From assembly GCA_041651355.1 (NCBI GenBank), contig JBAZJK010000002.1:1-54470 (forward strand): DNA of 54,470 bases, in the 5' to 3' direction. Below are positions 38,099-46,517 of the stretch, piece after piece. The stretch comes from Patescibacteria group bacterium (GTDB taxonomy: Bacteria > Patescibacteriota > Patescibacteriia > Patescibacteriales > UBA12465). Both the position numbers and the translations under genes were made by a program. The stretch's first letter is position 1, and every line of letters begins with the position of its first letter. The notes beneath the pieces are model-generated. The model saw nothing but the letters and a program-made list of their open reading frames with translations, did no database searches and was not told the origin of the DNA.

Positions 38099-39477
38099 AG
38101 GTACTGTTGACAGTCCCTGCCGTTGATACTTGCTATGAGCGCGTCCCGAGCATTGGGCTTATGAACCTCTACCTTATAGGCAAGAGGCTTGGGTGCGATA
38201 TTGAATTATTGGATATATCCGACCTGCCTTATCAGAGAGGACTACGCAGGCTTTTGGCAAAGCGATATGATGTGATCGGCATTTCGTGCAACTTTACTAA
38301 CGCCGCCCCCTACTGTATGCAATATGCCAGAGAGATAAAAGAAAAATACCCCGATACGCTCGTCATCTCCGGAGGTAATCATGCCACCCTCGTTCCGGAA
38401 GACCTTTTATTTAACAAATACGATTATATTCTCTATGGGGAAGGGGAGTTGGTCTTTGCAGATTTTATAGGCAGGATTCTAAAGGGCAAGCCCGCAGATG
38501 ATATGAGCGGGATCTTCTATTTAAAGGGGGGCAAAATAATAAGGAACGCCCCCCGCCAGCCCATAGAGGACCTGGATACCCTGCCGTTTAATGATTATTC
38601 TGATTTTGACCTGGAGTATTATTTCCGGCGTTCAGGCCTGCGCTACATAAGCATGGAAACCTCTCGCGGTTGTATCTATAATTGCTCGTTTTGCTCTACC
38701 GTGAAGATGTGGGGGCATAGATATAGACATAAGAGCCCGGAGAGGGTGCTTAGCGAATTCAGGGTTGCCGGGAAGCTAGGACTTGACTTCATATTTGTAG
38801 AAGACGATGACGCGGCACTTGACGAAGATAACCTGCGCAGCTTCTGCGGACTGCTGGCTCGCGAAGATATAGGCGTGCCCTGGGGGATGGGGGTAGGCTC
38901 CGCGTCCATCAAGAAAGAATCTACGTTTGACCTTATAGCGAAAGCAGGATGCGTTAAGGTTAATGTAAACATAGAATCGGCTAATCCGCGCATTTTGAAG
39001 GAATACCGCAAGCCTTATGCCATAGAAGATAACAGGGCCTTATGCGAAAATTTAAAGAAGAGGAAAATCCTAATTCATAATCATGGTATAATTGGCTTGC
39101 CTGGCGAAAGTATAAAAGAAACGCTTAATACCTATTTTTACCTTATCAAGACATCTCCGCTTTGGCATATCAGTATCTTGGAGCCGAGGCCCGGATCCGA
39201 TTATTGGAGAAGATGGGATAAAAAGGGAGACGTTAGGCAATATAGGCTTTTTGGCAAGGCCAATGTTATACTAGGCCGAAAGAAATTAGCTAGTTATTTA
39301 TTATACAGGATTTTTGCTCTATTTTATTTTTTGAATCCCGCCCGAGTTTACAAGGCGCTCTTCGGAGCTGATAAAGGCACAAGATACAGTTATCGTGTGC
39401 AGTATTATGTCGCTTACAGAACCGTAAAGGCGAACCTTTTTAACCTTTTTTCGGCTAAGATCAACGATGTTAAATAG
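38095..39477 (+). CDS. Cobalamin-binding radical SAM protein (class B methylase-like)
   Basis: PSIGL, GISC, SGGNHAT, GEGE, SRGCIYNCSFC, IES, IIGLPGE. Confidence 0.9.
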   Translation: MKVLLTVPAVDTCYERVPSIGLMNLYLIGKRLGCDIELLDISDLPYQRGLRRLLAKRYDVIGISCNFTNAAPYCMQYAREIKEKYPDTLVISGGNHATLVPEDLLFNKYDYILYGEGELVFADFIGRILKGKPADDMSGIFYLKGGKIIRNAPRQPIEDLDTLPFNDYSDFDLEYYFRRSGLRYISMETSRGCIYNCSFCSTVKMWGHRYRHKSPERVLSEFRVAGKLGLDFIFVEDDDAALDEDNLRSFCGLLAREDIGVPWGMGVGSASIKKESTFDLIAKAGCVKVNVNIESANPRILKEYRKPYAIEDNRALCENLKKRKILIHNHGIIGLPGESIKETLNTYFYLIKTSPLWHISILEPRPGSDYWRRWDKKGDVRQYRLFGKANVILGRKKLASYLLYRIFALFYFLNPARVYKALFGADKGTRYSYRVQYYVAYRTVKANLFNLFSAKINDVK

Positions 39478-41263
39478 TTTTTATAAAAGCACAGAAAAAA
39501 AATATTTTTTGTTTTTTTCTTTTGTATTATTCGCCTCGCTGTTTATTATTTATTTTCCTTGCGTTCATTATCCCCCTCTGAGCGATTACTGGGAAAACTT
39601 TTATTTTTATCAACATCTCGATAAGCTCCCCGGAACAATAAAATGGCTCCATGTTTTAAACCATGATCCTTTTGAGCATATGCGTTATCAGCCCTTATCG
39701 CGCATATTCTCTTATTTTTTATATCTGACATTCGGCTCCAACTTCATCTTTTACAATATTTTAAACTTCATCTTTTATTTTTTGAGCCTCTTGATCCTCT
39801 ACAGGTTCGCCCTTTATTTTATCAAGGATAAGATTCTCATCGCAGCATTCATCTTTCTCTACGCTTTTCTATTCAATCACTTTGATATCCTGCTGTGGTC
39901 CTGTCATATACATATCATCGCGGGCTTCTCTTTATTTCTGCTGGGATTTATTGCCTTCATGGAATACCTTAAAAAGGGGGGGATGCATTTAGTTTTAGCG
40001 AGCGCGCTACTTTTCTTAATAGGAATGTTCTGTTATGAAAGTTTCTTCCTCTGGCCCCTCGGGATTGTCATATTGTCCTCTATAAAAAGCCTTAGAACAC
40101 AAGGAAAGCACGCGGCCAAGCCGCTTAAAAAGCCCATTTTCTTAATATTGGCAAGCGTTTATATTTTTTATTTTCTCGCCTTTCTTTTCACACGCTCTTT
40201 AAAAACATACATTAACCCCCGCTATAGTTTCTACGATTTTTTACAACCGCATGTCTTTGTTCTATCTGCCCTCTCTGTAATTTTTAATATTTACAACAAT
40301 CTCGCTGTAGCTATCCTTCCCATAATCGTTTTCCCCCTTAAGGTGGCAGAAAATATATATATGGCCGGTCCGTTGATTAATTATATCAACCGAGGTAATA
40401 ATTGGTTTGTTTATTCGATGGGCGGCTTATTTAGCTTGATCGTAGCAGCGCTCTTTGTTTATCTCTATAAAAAAAGATACGTTGAAGAATGGAAGATAAT
40501 AGTTTATTTCTTATTTTTGCTAACCGCAGAACCTTATATAATTTTTTTCTGCAGGCTTCTTGATAACGCCTTAGGATATTGCCTCAGCGAATTCAGGTAT
40601 CAGTATATACCCAACGCCTTTATTATCTTAACTGTTGCTTTTATCATTGAAAGGTTCGTTAAGCCATCCAGGCGCAGGAAGAAATTAATATTTGCCTTTT
40701 TGGCGCTAATCTTTTTCTTAAACATTGTTTGTATCCACAGGGTCATGAACATATATAATTACCATCTTTCCGGGCTTCAGAGGATGATCTCCAGCATCAA
40801 AAGAGGCATAGGCCAAGGGTATATAAACAGCAGTAACAGGTTGTATATAGATGAGGACCTGCCGGATTACCTGCCGCATTTATGTTGGAACATTGAAATG
40901 GGGGAATTATTTATTCCCAATGGCAATTATAAATGGATGTTTTCAGAGAAAGAGATGGAGAATTTTACAGATGCCCCTCAGAATGCCAGATGGGTTATCA
41001 GCAAAGAAAACTTCGGTGTTATTGACAAAAGCCAGGAGAGCCTTTCCGGAAAAGGTAGGAAGATAAATACTATCAGAGATAAATACTATATTACGCCAGG
41101 CAAGGACTACGTCTATATTGAATTAGGGTATCGCTACCGGAGGGAGGGGCGCCATGACCGCGAGAGAAGGATGTTTGAGAAGGCGCTGGAGTTGAATCCG
41201 AGAAATGAAGAAGCTAGGGGAGAACTATACCGCTGCCAGAGTAAGGGAACAGCGCTGTTTTAA
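39467..41263 (+). CDS. Polytopic membrane protein with C-terminal TPR, probable GT-C glycosyltransferase
   Basis: PPLSDYWE acidic first loop, YQPLS, about 11 TM segments, FRYQY. Terminal TPR YIELGYRYRREG...FEKALELNP. Confidence 0.7.
   Translation: MLNSFYKSTEKKYFLFFSFVLFASLFIIYFPCVHYPPLSDYWENFYFYQHLDKLPGTIKWLHVLNHDPFEHMRYQPLSRIFSYFLYLTFGSNFIFYNILNFIFYFLSLLILYRFALYFIKDKILIAAFIFLYAFLFNHFDILLWSCHIHIIAGFSLFLLGFIAFMEYLKKGGMHLVLASALLFLIGMFCYESFFLWPLGIVILSSIKSLRTQGKHAAKPLKKPIFLILASVYIFYFLAFLFTRSLKTYINPRYSFYDFLQPHVFVLSALSVIFNIYNNLAVAILPIIVFPLKVAENIYMAGPLINYINRGNNWFVYSMGGLFSLIVAALFVYLYKKRYVEEWKIIVYFLFLLTAEPYIIFFCRLLDNALGYCLSEFRYQYIPNAFIILTVAFIIERFVKPSRRRKKLIFAFLALIFFLNIVCIHRVMNIYNYHLSGLQRMISSIKRGIGQGYINSSNRLYIDEDLPDYLPHLCWNIEMGELFIPNGNYKWMFSEKEMENFTDAPQNARWVISKENFGVIDKSQESLSGKGRKINTIRDKYYITPGKDYVYIELGYRYRREGRHDRERRMFEKALELNPRNEEARGELYRCQSKGTALF
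39730..41214 (+). repeat. 1485-bp direct repeat, copy 1 (copy 2 at 41552-43036)
   Basis: attcggctccaacttcatc ... agaaatgaagaagc recurs at a constant offset of 1822 nt. The translated proteins are identical over this span and no mismatch was seen in spot checks. Confidence 0.92.
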
Positions 41264-41288
41264 TCCTGAAACAGGAGGCCGGGGTTAA

Positions 41289-43070
41289 GTGTTAAAGATG
41301 GTTTTAAGGGTAATAAACGCTAGGGGGAATCTAATATTTTTTTTTCTGCTTCTTGGAGGCCTATTCCTGGCAGCTTATCCCTCATTTTTCTATCCGCCCT
41401 TAAGCGATTATTGGGAGATGTTTTATTCTTTTCATAATCTAGGGCGTTTCCCCGGACAGATAAAATGTCTGCATATTCTGGGCTTTGACCCGCTAGAGCA
41501 AGTAGGATTCCGTCCGCTTGCAAACTTATTCTACTATATTTTTTATCTTTTATTCGGCTCCAACTTCATCTTTTACAATATTTTAAACTTCATCTTTTAT
41601 TTTTTGAGCCTCTTGATCCTCTACAGGTTCGCCCTTTATTTTATCAAGGATAAGATTCTCATCGCAGCATTCATCTTTCTCTACGCTTTTCTATTCAATC
41701 ACTTTGATATCCTGCTGTGGTCCTGTCATATACATATCATCGCGGGCTTCTCTTTATTTCTGCTGGGATTTATTGCCTTCATGGAATACCTTAAAAAGGG
41801 GGGGATGCATTTAGTTTTAGCGAGCGCGCTACTTTTCTTAATAGGAATGTTCTGTTATGAAAGTTTCTTCCTCTGGCCCCTCGGGATTGTCATATTGTCC
41901 TCTATAAAAAGCCTTAGAACACAAGGAAAGCACGCGGCCAAGCCGCTTAAAAAGCCCATTTTCTTAATATTGGCAAGCGTTTATATTTTTTATTTTCTCG
42001 CCTTTCTTTTCACACGCTCTTTAAAAACATACATTAACCCCCGCTATAGTTTCTACGATTTTTTACAACCGCATGTCTTTGTTCTATCTGCCCTCTCTGT
42101 AATTTTTAATATTTACAACAATCTCGCTGTAGCTATCCTTCCCATAATCGTTTTCCCCCTTAAGGTGGCAGAAAATATATATATGGCCGGTCCGTTGATT
42201 AATTATATCAACCGAGGTAATAATTGGTTTGTTTATTCGATGGGCGGCTTATTTAGCTTGATCGTAGCAGCGCTCTTTGTTTATCTCTATAAAAAAAGAT
42301 ACGTTGAAGAATGGAAGATAATAGTTTATTTCTTATTTTTGCTAACCGCAGAACCTTATATAATTTTTTTCTGCAGGCTTCTTGATAACGCCTTAGGATA
42401 TTGCCTCAGCGAATTCAGGTATCAGTATATACCCAACGCCTTTATTATCTTAACTGTTGCTTTTATCATTGAAAGGTTCGTTAAGCCATCCAGGCGCAGG
42501 AAGAAATTAATATTTGCCTTTTTGGCGCTAATCTTTTTCTTAAACATTGTTTGTATCCACAGGGTCATGAACATATATAATTACCATCTTTCCGGGCTTC
42601 AGAGGATGATCTCCAGCATCAAAAGAGGCATAGGCCAAGGGTATATAAACAGCAGTAACAGGTTGTATATAGATGAGGACCTGCCGGATTACCTGCCGCA
42701 TTTATGTTGGAACATTGAAATGGGGGAATTATTTATTCCCAATGGCAATTATAAATGGATGTTTTCAGAGAAAGAGATGGAGAATTTTACAGATGCCCCT
42801 CAGAATGCCAGATGGGTTATCAGCAAAGAAAACTTCGGTGTTATTGACAAAAGCCAGGAGAGCCTTTCCGGAAAAGGTAGGAAGATAAATACTATCAGAG
42901 ATAAATACTATATTACGCCAGGCAAGGACTACGTCTATATTGAATTAGGGTATCGCTACCGGAGGGAGGGGCGCCATGACCGCGAGAGAAGGATGTTTGA
43001 GAAGGCGCTGGAGTTGAATCCGAGAAATGAAGAAGCGGTTTTTGTATTGGAAGAGTTAAGGATGAGGTAA
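41289..43070 (+). CDS. Paralog of 39467..41263: polytopic GT-C-like membrane protein with C-terminal TPR
   Basis: GTG start. PPLSDYWE, FRPLA. Identical to the upstream gene from FGSNFIF to NPRNEEA. Confidence 0.7.
   Translation: MLKMVLRVINARGNLIFFFLLLGGLFLAAYPSFFYPPLSDYWEMFYSFHNLGRFPGQIKCLHILGFDPLEQVGFRPLANLFYYIFYLLFGSNFIFYNILNFIFYFLSLLILYRFALYFIKDKILIAAFIFLYAFLFNHFDILLWSCHIHIIAGFSLFLLGFIAFMEYLKKGGMHLVLASALLFLIGMFCYESFFLWPLGIVILSSIKSLRTQGKHAAKPLKKPIFLILASVYIFYFLAFLFTRSLKTYINPRYSFYDFLQPHVFVLSALSVIFNIYNNLAVAILPIIVFPLKVAENIYMAGPLINYINRGNNWFVYSMGGLFSLIVAALFVYLYKKRYVEEWKIIVYFLFLLTAEPYIIFFCRLLDNALGYCLSEFRYQYIPNAFIILTVAFIIERFVKPSRRRKKLIFAFLALIFFLNIVCIHRVMNIYNYHLSGLQRMISSIKRGIGQGYINSSNRLYIDEDLPDYLPHLCWNIEMGELFIPNGNYKWMFSEKEMENFTDAPQNARWVISKENFGVIDKSQESLSGKGRKINTIRDKYYITPGKDYVYIELGYRYRREGRHDRERRMFEKALELNPRNEEAVFVLEELRMR
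41552..43036 (+). repeat. 1485-bp direct repeat, copy 2
   Basis: See copy 1. Both boundaries were checked by eye. Confidence 0.92.
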
Positions 43071-43127
43071 CGAGAGTCGGGCGCAGCGGGGTTTAGAAAT
43101 ATTTTTCTATGACATATATTTATAGAG

Positions 43128-43133
43128 TATAAT
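43128..43133 (+). promoter_or_regulatory. Possible sigma70 -10 element (TATAAT) in the longest intergenic gap, upstream of the SGNH-TPR genes
   Basis: Perfect TATAAT in an AT-rich 140-nt gap (43071-43210). No convincing -35 at 16-18 nt spacing. Confidence 0.25.
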
Positions 43134-43210
43134 TATTAAAATGCGATTGATTAGAGCTAAGGTTGAGAGATCAGTAAATATGAGGTGGTATTCAGTAAGG
43201 AAAACATATT

Positions 43211-45070
43211 GTGTATAAAACAACCTTTCTCCAGAAGATAGGCCTGATTCTTGTAGGGATATTTTTATGCGCTTTGATTATTGAAGTAAGTTTACGTACC
43301 GCAGGATTTTTAATTATATTAATGCGGGAACGCGATAATGCCGCATCTTTGAGAGATAAAGGGGCTTATCACATTCTATGTTTAGGAGAGTCTACTACCG
43401 CCTTGGGGGGGGAATCGTCTTGGCCCGCGCAGCTGGAGACTGTTTTGAATGAACGTAACAGCGGCATTAGATTTAAAGTAATAAATGGCGGGAGAGAGGA
43501 TATTGATACCGCTACCATTTCCTCAACATTAGAAAATACGCTTGTTAAATATCATCCCGATATGGTTATATCCATGACAGGCATCAACGATGGTCCCCGT
43601 ACAGTGCCCCACGAATACCTCGTACTCGTAAATAAAAAGCCATTTTTTTCGAGACTTAGAGTCTATAAATTAGCGAAAGCGATTTTTTTGCATATTATGA
43701 ACAAAGCGAGGGAAATGGGTATTTATAAAACCCGGGTTTCTCTGAATAATCGGGTTTCTAGTTATGCTGATGCGGGCTACAGGAGCAAGCGTTTTAGGAA
43801 AACAGAGAATATGGCACTTGATACTTTGAAAATCGACCCCAACAATTCCGAGGTCTATAATGAATTAGGGCATCTCTATAACAATCTTAATAGGGTCCGC
43901 GAGGCAGAAGAGATGTTCAAGAAGGCCTTGAAGATCTCTCCGGTGATGTTTAGTGCATATGACGGACTGGGGGCTTGTTATGCTAGCCAGAGCAGGTACG
44001 GCGAGGCAGAAGAGATGTTCAAGAAGGCATTGAAAATCGACCCCAACAATTCCGAGGTCTATAATGAATTAGGGAGGCTCTATAGCAAAACAAAAGACTA
44101 TCATCAGGCAACAGTGATGTTTAAAAAAGCAATGAGCTTAACGATTGCCGAGTCTTCTCAGGATAATGAAATTGACGCAAGGCAAGAAGAGCGCGCCTAT
44201 AGCGAAACAGAAGAAGCATATAGAAAAGCAATAGAGCTTACGCCGCTCGACTATAATAAATACATAGTGCTAGGGTCTTATTACCGAGAGCAAGAAAGAT
44301 ATGCCGAATCGGAAAAAATTCTTAAAGAGGCCATTCGTATAGCCCCAGATAATGCAAGGGCCTATTTTGAATTAGGAACTTGTTATATTAACCAGCATAG
44401 ATATAAGGAACAAGAGAAAATGTTCAGGAAGGTAATCGAGATTAACCCATCTGACAGTGCTGCCTATTGTGAATTGGGTCATCTTTATAGCAGTCATCAG
44501 AGATACGGCGAGGCAGAAGAGATGTTCAAGAAAGCAATAGAGCTTGCCCCGTACGAAATTGAGGCCTATCTAGGATTAGCCACTTGCTATAGAGAGCAGG
44601 GCAAGCTTGAAGGAGTAGAAGAATTAGCCAATTTGCTCAGGAAAAGAGAGATACAGCACGACCGCATTTACGGCATCATAGCCCTCTCTTATTTAGATGA
44701 GGGGCAATTCAAAAAGGCAGAGATTTTTATTAAGAAAGCAAACGAATTCAGGGCCAAGTATTACAATCCCGTAACTTACTATAACTACAGAAGAATCAAG
44801 AAGATTGTTACAGAAAGAGGAATTAAATTTGTCTGTATGCAGTATCCGATGCGCAGCATAGAACCTTTGAAAAAGATTTTTGACTCTAACGAAGACATCA
44901 TCTTCGTAAGCAACGAAAAGATCTTCAAGGAAGAGCTAAAAAAAGCCAGATACGAAGACCTCTTTGTAGACAGTTTTGGTGGCGAGTTTGGTCATGCTAC
45001 TGCCCGCGGCAATAGGCTTATTGCCGAGAATCTCGCGGATACCATAATCAAAGAGGTCATCAGTAAATAG
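43211..45070 (+). CDS. Membrane-anchored SGNH-family protein with inserted TPR array
   Basis: TM LQKIGLILVG.... Block I LGESTT, INGG, TGIND. About 8 TPRs (VYNELG...AEEMFKKAL.I.P). Block V DSFGGEFGHAT. Confidence 0.85.
   Translation: MYKTTFLQKIGLILVGIFLCALIIEVSLRTAGFLIILMRERDNAASLRDKGAYHILCLGESTTALGGESSWPAQLETVLNERNSGIRFKVINGGREDIDTATISSTLENTLVKYHPDMVISMTGINDGPRTVPHEYLVLVNKKPFFSRLRVYKLAKAIFLHIMNKAREMGIYKTRVSLNNRVSSYADAGYRSKRFRKTENMALDTLKIDPNNSEVYNELGHLYNNLNRVREAEEMFKKALKISPVMFSAYDGLGACYASQSRYGEAEEMFKKALKIDPNNSEVYNELGRLYSKTKDYHQATVMFKKAMSLTIAESSQDNEIDARQEERAYSETEEAYRKAIELTPLDYNKYIVLGSYYREQERYAESEKILKEAIRIAPDNARAYFELGTCYINQHRYKEQEKMFRKVIEINPSDSAAYCELGHLYSSHQRYGEAEEMFKKAIELAPYEIEAYLGLATCYREQGKLEGVEELANLLRKREIQHDRIYGIIALSYLDEGQFKKAEIFIKKANEFRAKYYNPVTYYNYRRIKKIVTERGIKFVCMQYPMRSIEPLKKIFDSNEDIIFVSNEKIFKEELKKARYEDLFVDSFGGEFGHATARGNRLIAENLADTIIKEVISK
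43826..44074 (+). repeat. 45-bp exact repeat (43826-43870 and 44030-44074), spacing 204 nt = two TPR units
   Basis: ttgaaaatcgaccccaacaattccgaggtctataatgaattaggg occurs twice. Confidence 0.85.
44711..45065 (+). repeat. 355-bp gene-tail repeat shared with 47724-48078; inner 247 bp (44812-45058) also at 46253-46499
   Basis: Offsets 3013 and 1441 nt. One silent mismatch seen (ggcaat vs ggcaac at 45013). Confidence 0.9.
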
Positions 45071-45089
45071 CCCTGCAGTATATATACAA

Positions 45090-46514
45090 ATGCCGATTAA
45101 GCAAAAAGTAAGCCTGGTATTATTTGGGATATTGCTGTGTTGTTTTATTCTTGAGTTGGGGCTGCAATTGTCGTCTTTCGCATTCCTGTCATTAAGAAAG
45201 CATAAAAATAAAACACCACTTAAATCTTTATCTAATGGTGTCAGCTACTGTATTTTATGCCTGGGTGAATCAACCACAGCCTTAGGAGAAGATAGCTCTT
45301 GGCCTACGCAACTCGAAAAGATATTAAATGAGAATAAGAACGGAATAAGTTACAAGGTTATAAATATGGGTAGAATGGCGGTTGAATCCTCAGCTGTGCT
45401 GTCGCTCCTAAAAGCAGACTTGGATAAATACAATCCTGATATGGTAATTACTATGATAGGCGTGAATGACTGGGTAGGGACCATACCGTATCAAGATTCT
45501 CGGGTTTTTAGAATCAAGTTATTTATAAGCAGACTGAAAAGCTACAAATTAGCAAGATTAGTTTGGCTGCATACGATAAATAAGGTTAATCAGGCGGCGC
45601 AATCTAAGAAGCAGAAGGATGGGGGGTCTCTTAGAATTTCATCTATTTCTAGCGGCGGAAAGCAGTTAGGTGCAGAAGCGGCTTTATCTAACGGGCAGGC
45701 ATTCGTTGAGTTAGGGTATTATTATTATGAGAGAGGGGAATATAAAGAAGCAGAGCATGCTTTTAAGAAAGCAATAAGTGCGGATTCCCAGGATGCAGCT
45801 GGGCATATCGGCTTAGGGCAATGTTATAGAGAACAGGACAGGAATAAAGAGATGGAGAAGGCGGCAAAACAAGCGATTAGGCTTGACCCCGGCAACGCAG
45901 ATGCCTATATCCTGCTTGGAAATGCCTATCAGGATCGGGAAGATTACCGGAGTGCGGAAGAGGCGCTGAAACAGGCCGTCGAACTTAATCCGAGGTGGGA
46001 ACCCGCTTATACAGAATTAGGAAGTTGTTATAGGAAACAAGGAAAGGTAAAAGAGGCGCACGACCTAGCTAAAAGAATTATAAAGGAAGGGCTGGTTAAT
46101 GATCGTCTTTATGGTTTTGTGGCTACTTCTTATGTGGAGGAAGGCAGATATTATGAAGCCGGCGAATATTATAGAAAGGCAGAAGAATTTCGGTTGAGAT
46201 ATTATAATCCTGCTACGAGGCACAATTATAATAAACTCAGAGAAATCCTGGTAGAAAGAGGAATTAAATTTGTCTGTATGCAGTATCCGATGCGCAGCAT
46301 AGAACCTTTGAAAAAGATTTTTGACTCTAACGAAGACATCATCTTCGTAAGCAACGAAAAGATCTTCAAGGAAGAGCTAAAAAAAGCCAGATACGAAGAC
46401 CTCTTTGTAGACAGTTTTGGTGGCGAGTTTGGTCATGCTACTGCCCGCGGCAACAGGCTTATTGCCGAGAATCTCGCGGATACCATAATCAAAGAGGTCT
46501 CTTGGAAGGAGTAA
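45090..46514 (+). CDS. Membrane-anchored SGNH-family protein with inserted TPR array (paralog 2)
   Basis: LGESTT, INMG, IGVND, about 4 TPRs, identical C-terminal GEFGHAT block. Confidence 0.85.
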   Translation: MPIKQKVSLVLFGILLCCFILELGLQLSSFAFLSLRKHKNKTPLKSLSNGVSYCILCLGESTTALGEDSSWPTQLEKILNENKNGISYKVINMGRMAVESSAVLSLLKADLDKYNPDMVITMIGVNDWVGTIPYQDSRVFRIKLFISRLKSYKLARLVWLHTINKVNQAAQSKKQKDGGSLRISSISSGGKQLGAEAALSNGQAFVELGYYYYERGEYKEAEHAFKKAISADSQDAAGHIGLGQCYREQDRNKEMEKAAKQAIRLDPGNADAYILLGNAYQDREDYRSAEEALKQAVELNPRWEPAYTELGSCYRKQGKVKEAHDLAKRIIKEGLVNDRLYGFVATSYVEEGRYYEAGEYYRKAEEFRLRYYNPATRHNYNKLREILVERGIKFVCMQYPMRSIEPLKKIFDSNEDIIFVSNEKIFKEELKKARYEDLFVDSFGGEFGHATARGNRLIAENLADTIIKEVSWKE

Positions 46515-46517
46515 TTC

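Noticed and set aside
35640-39477. Hopanoid side-chain pathway (HpnH/HpnO/HpnJ-like trio)
   Set aside because: The resemblance is only at family level. No squalene-hopene cyclase, HpnG or isoprenoid genes are in the window. It cannot be fully excluded without the rest of the genome.
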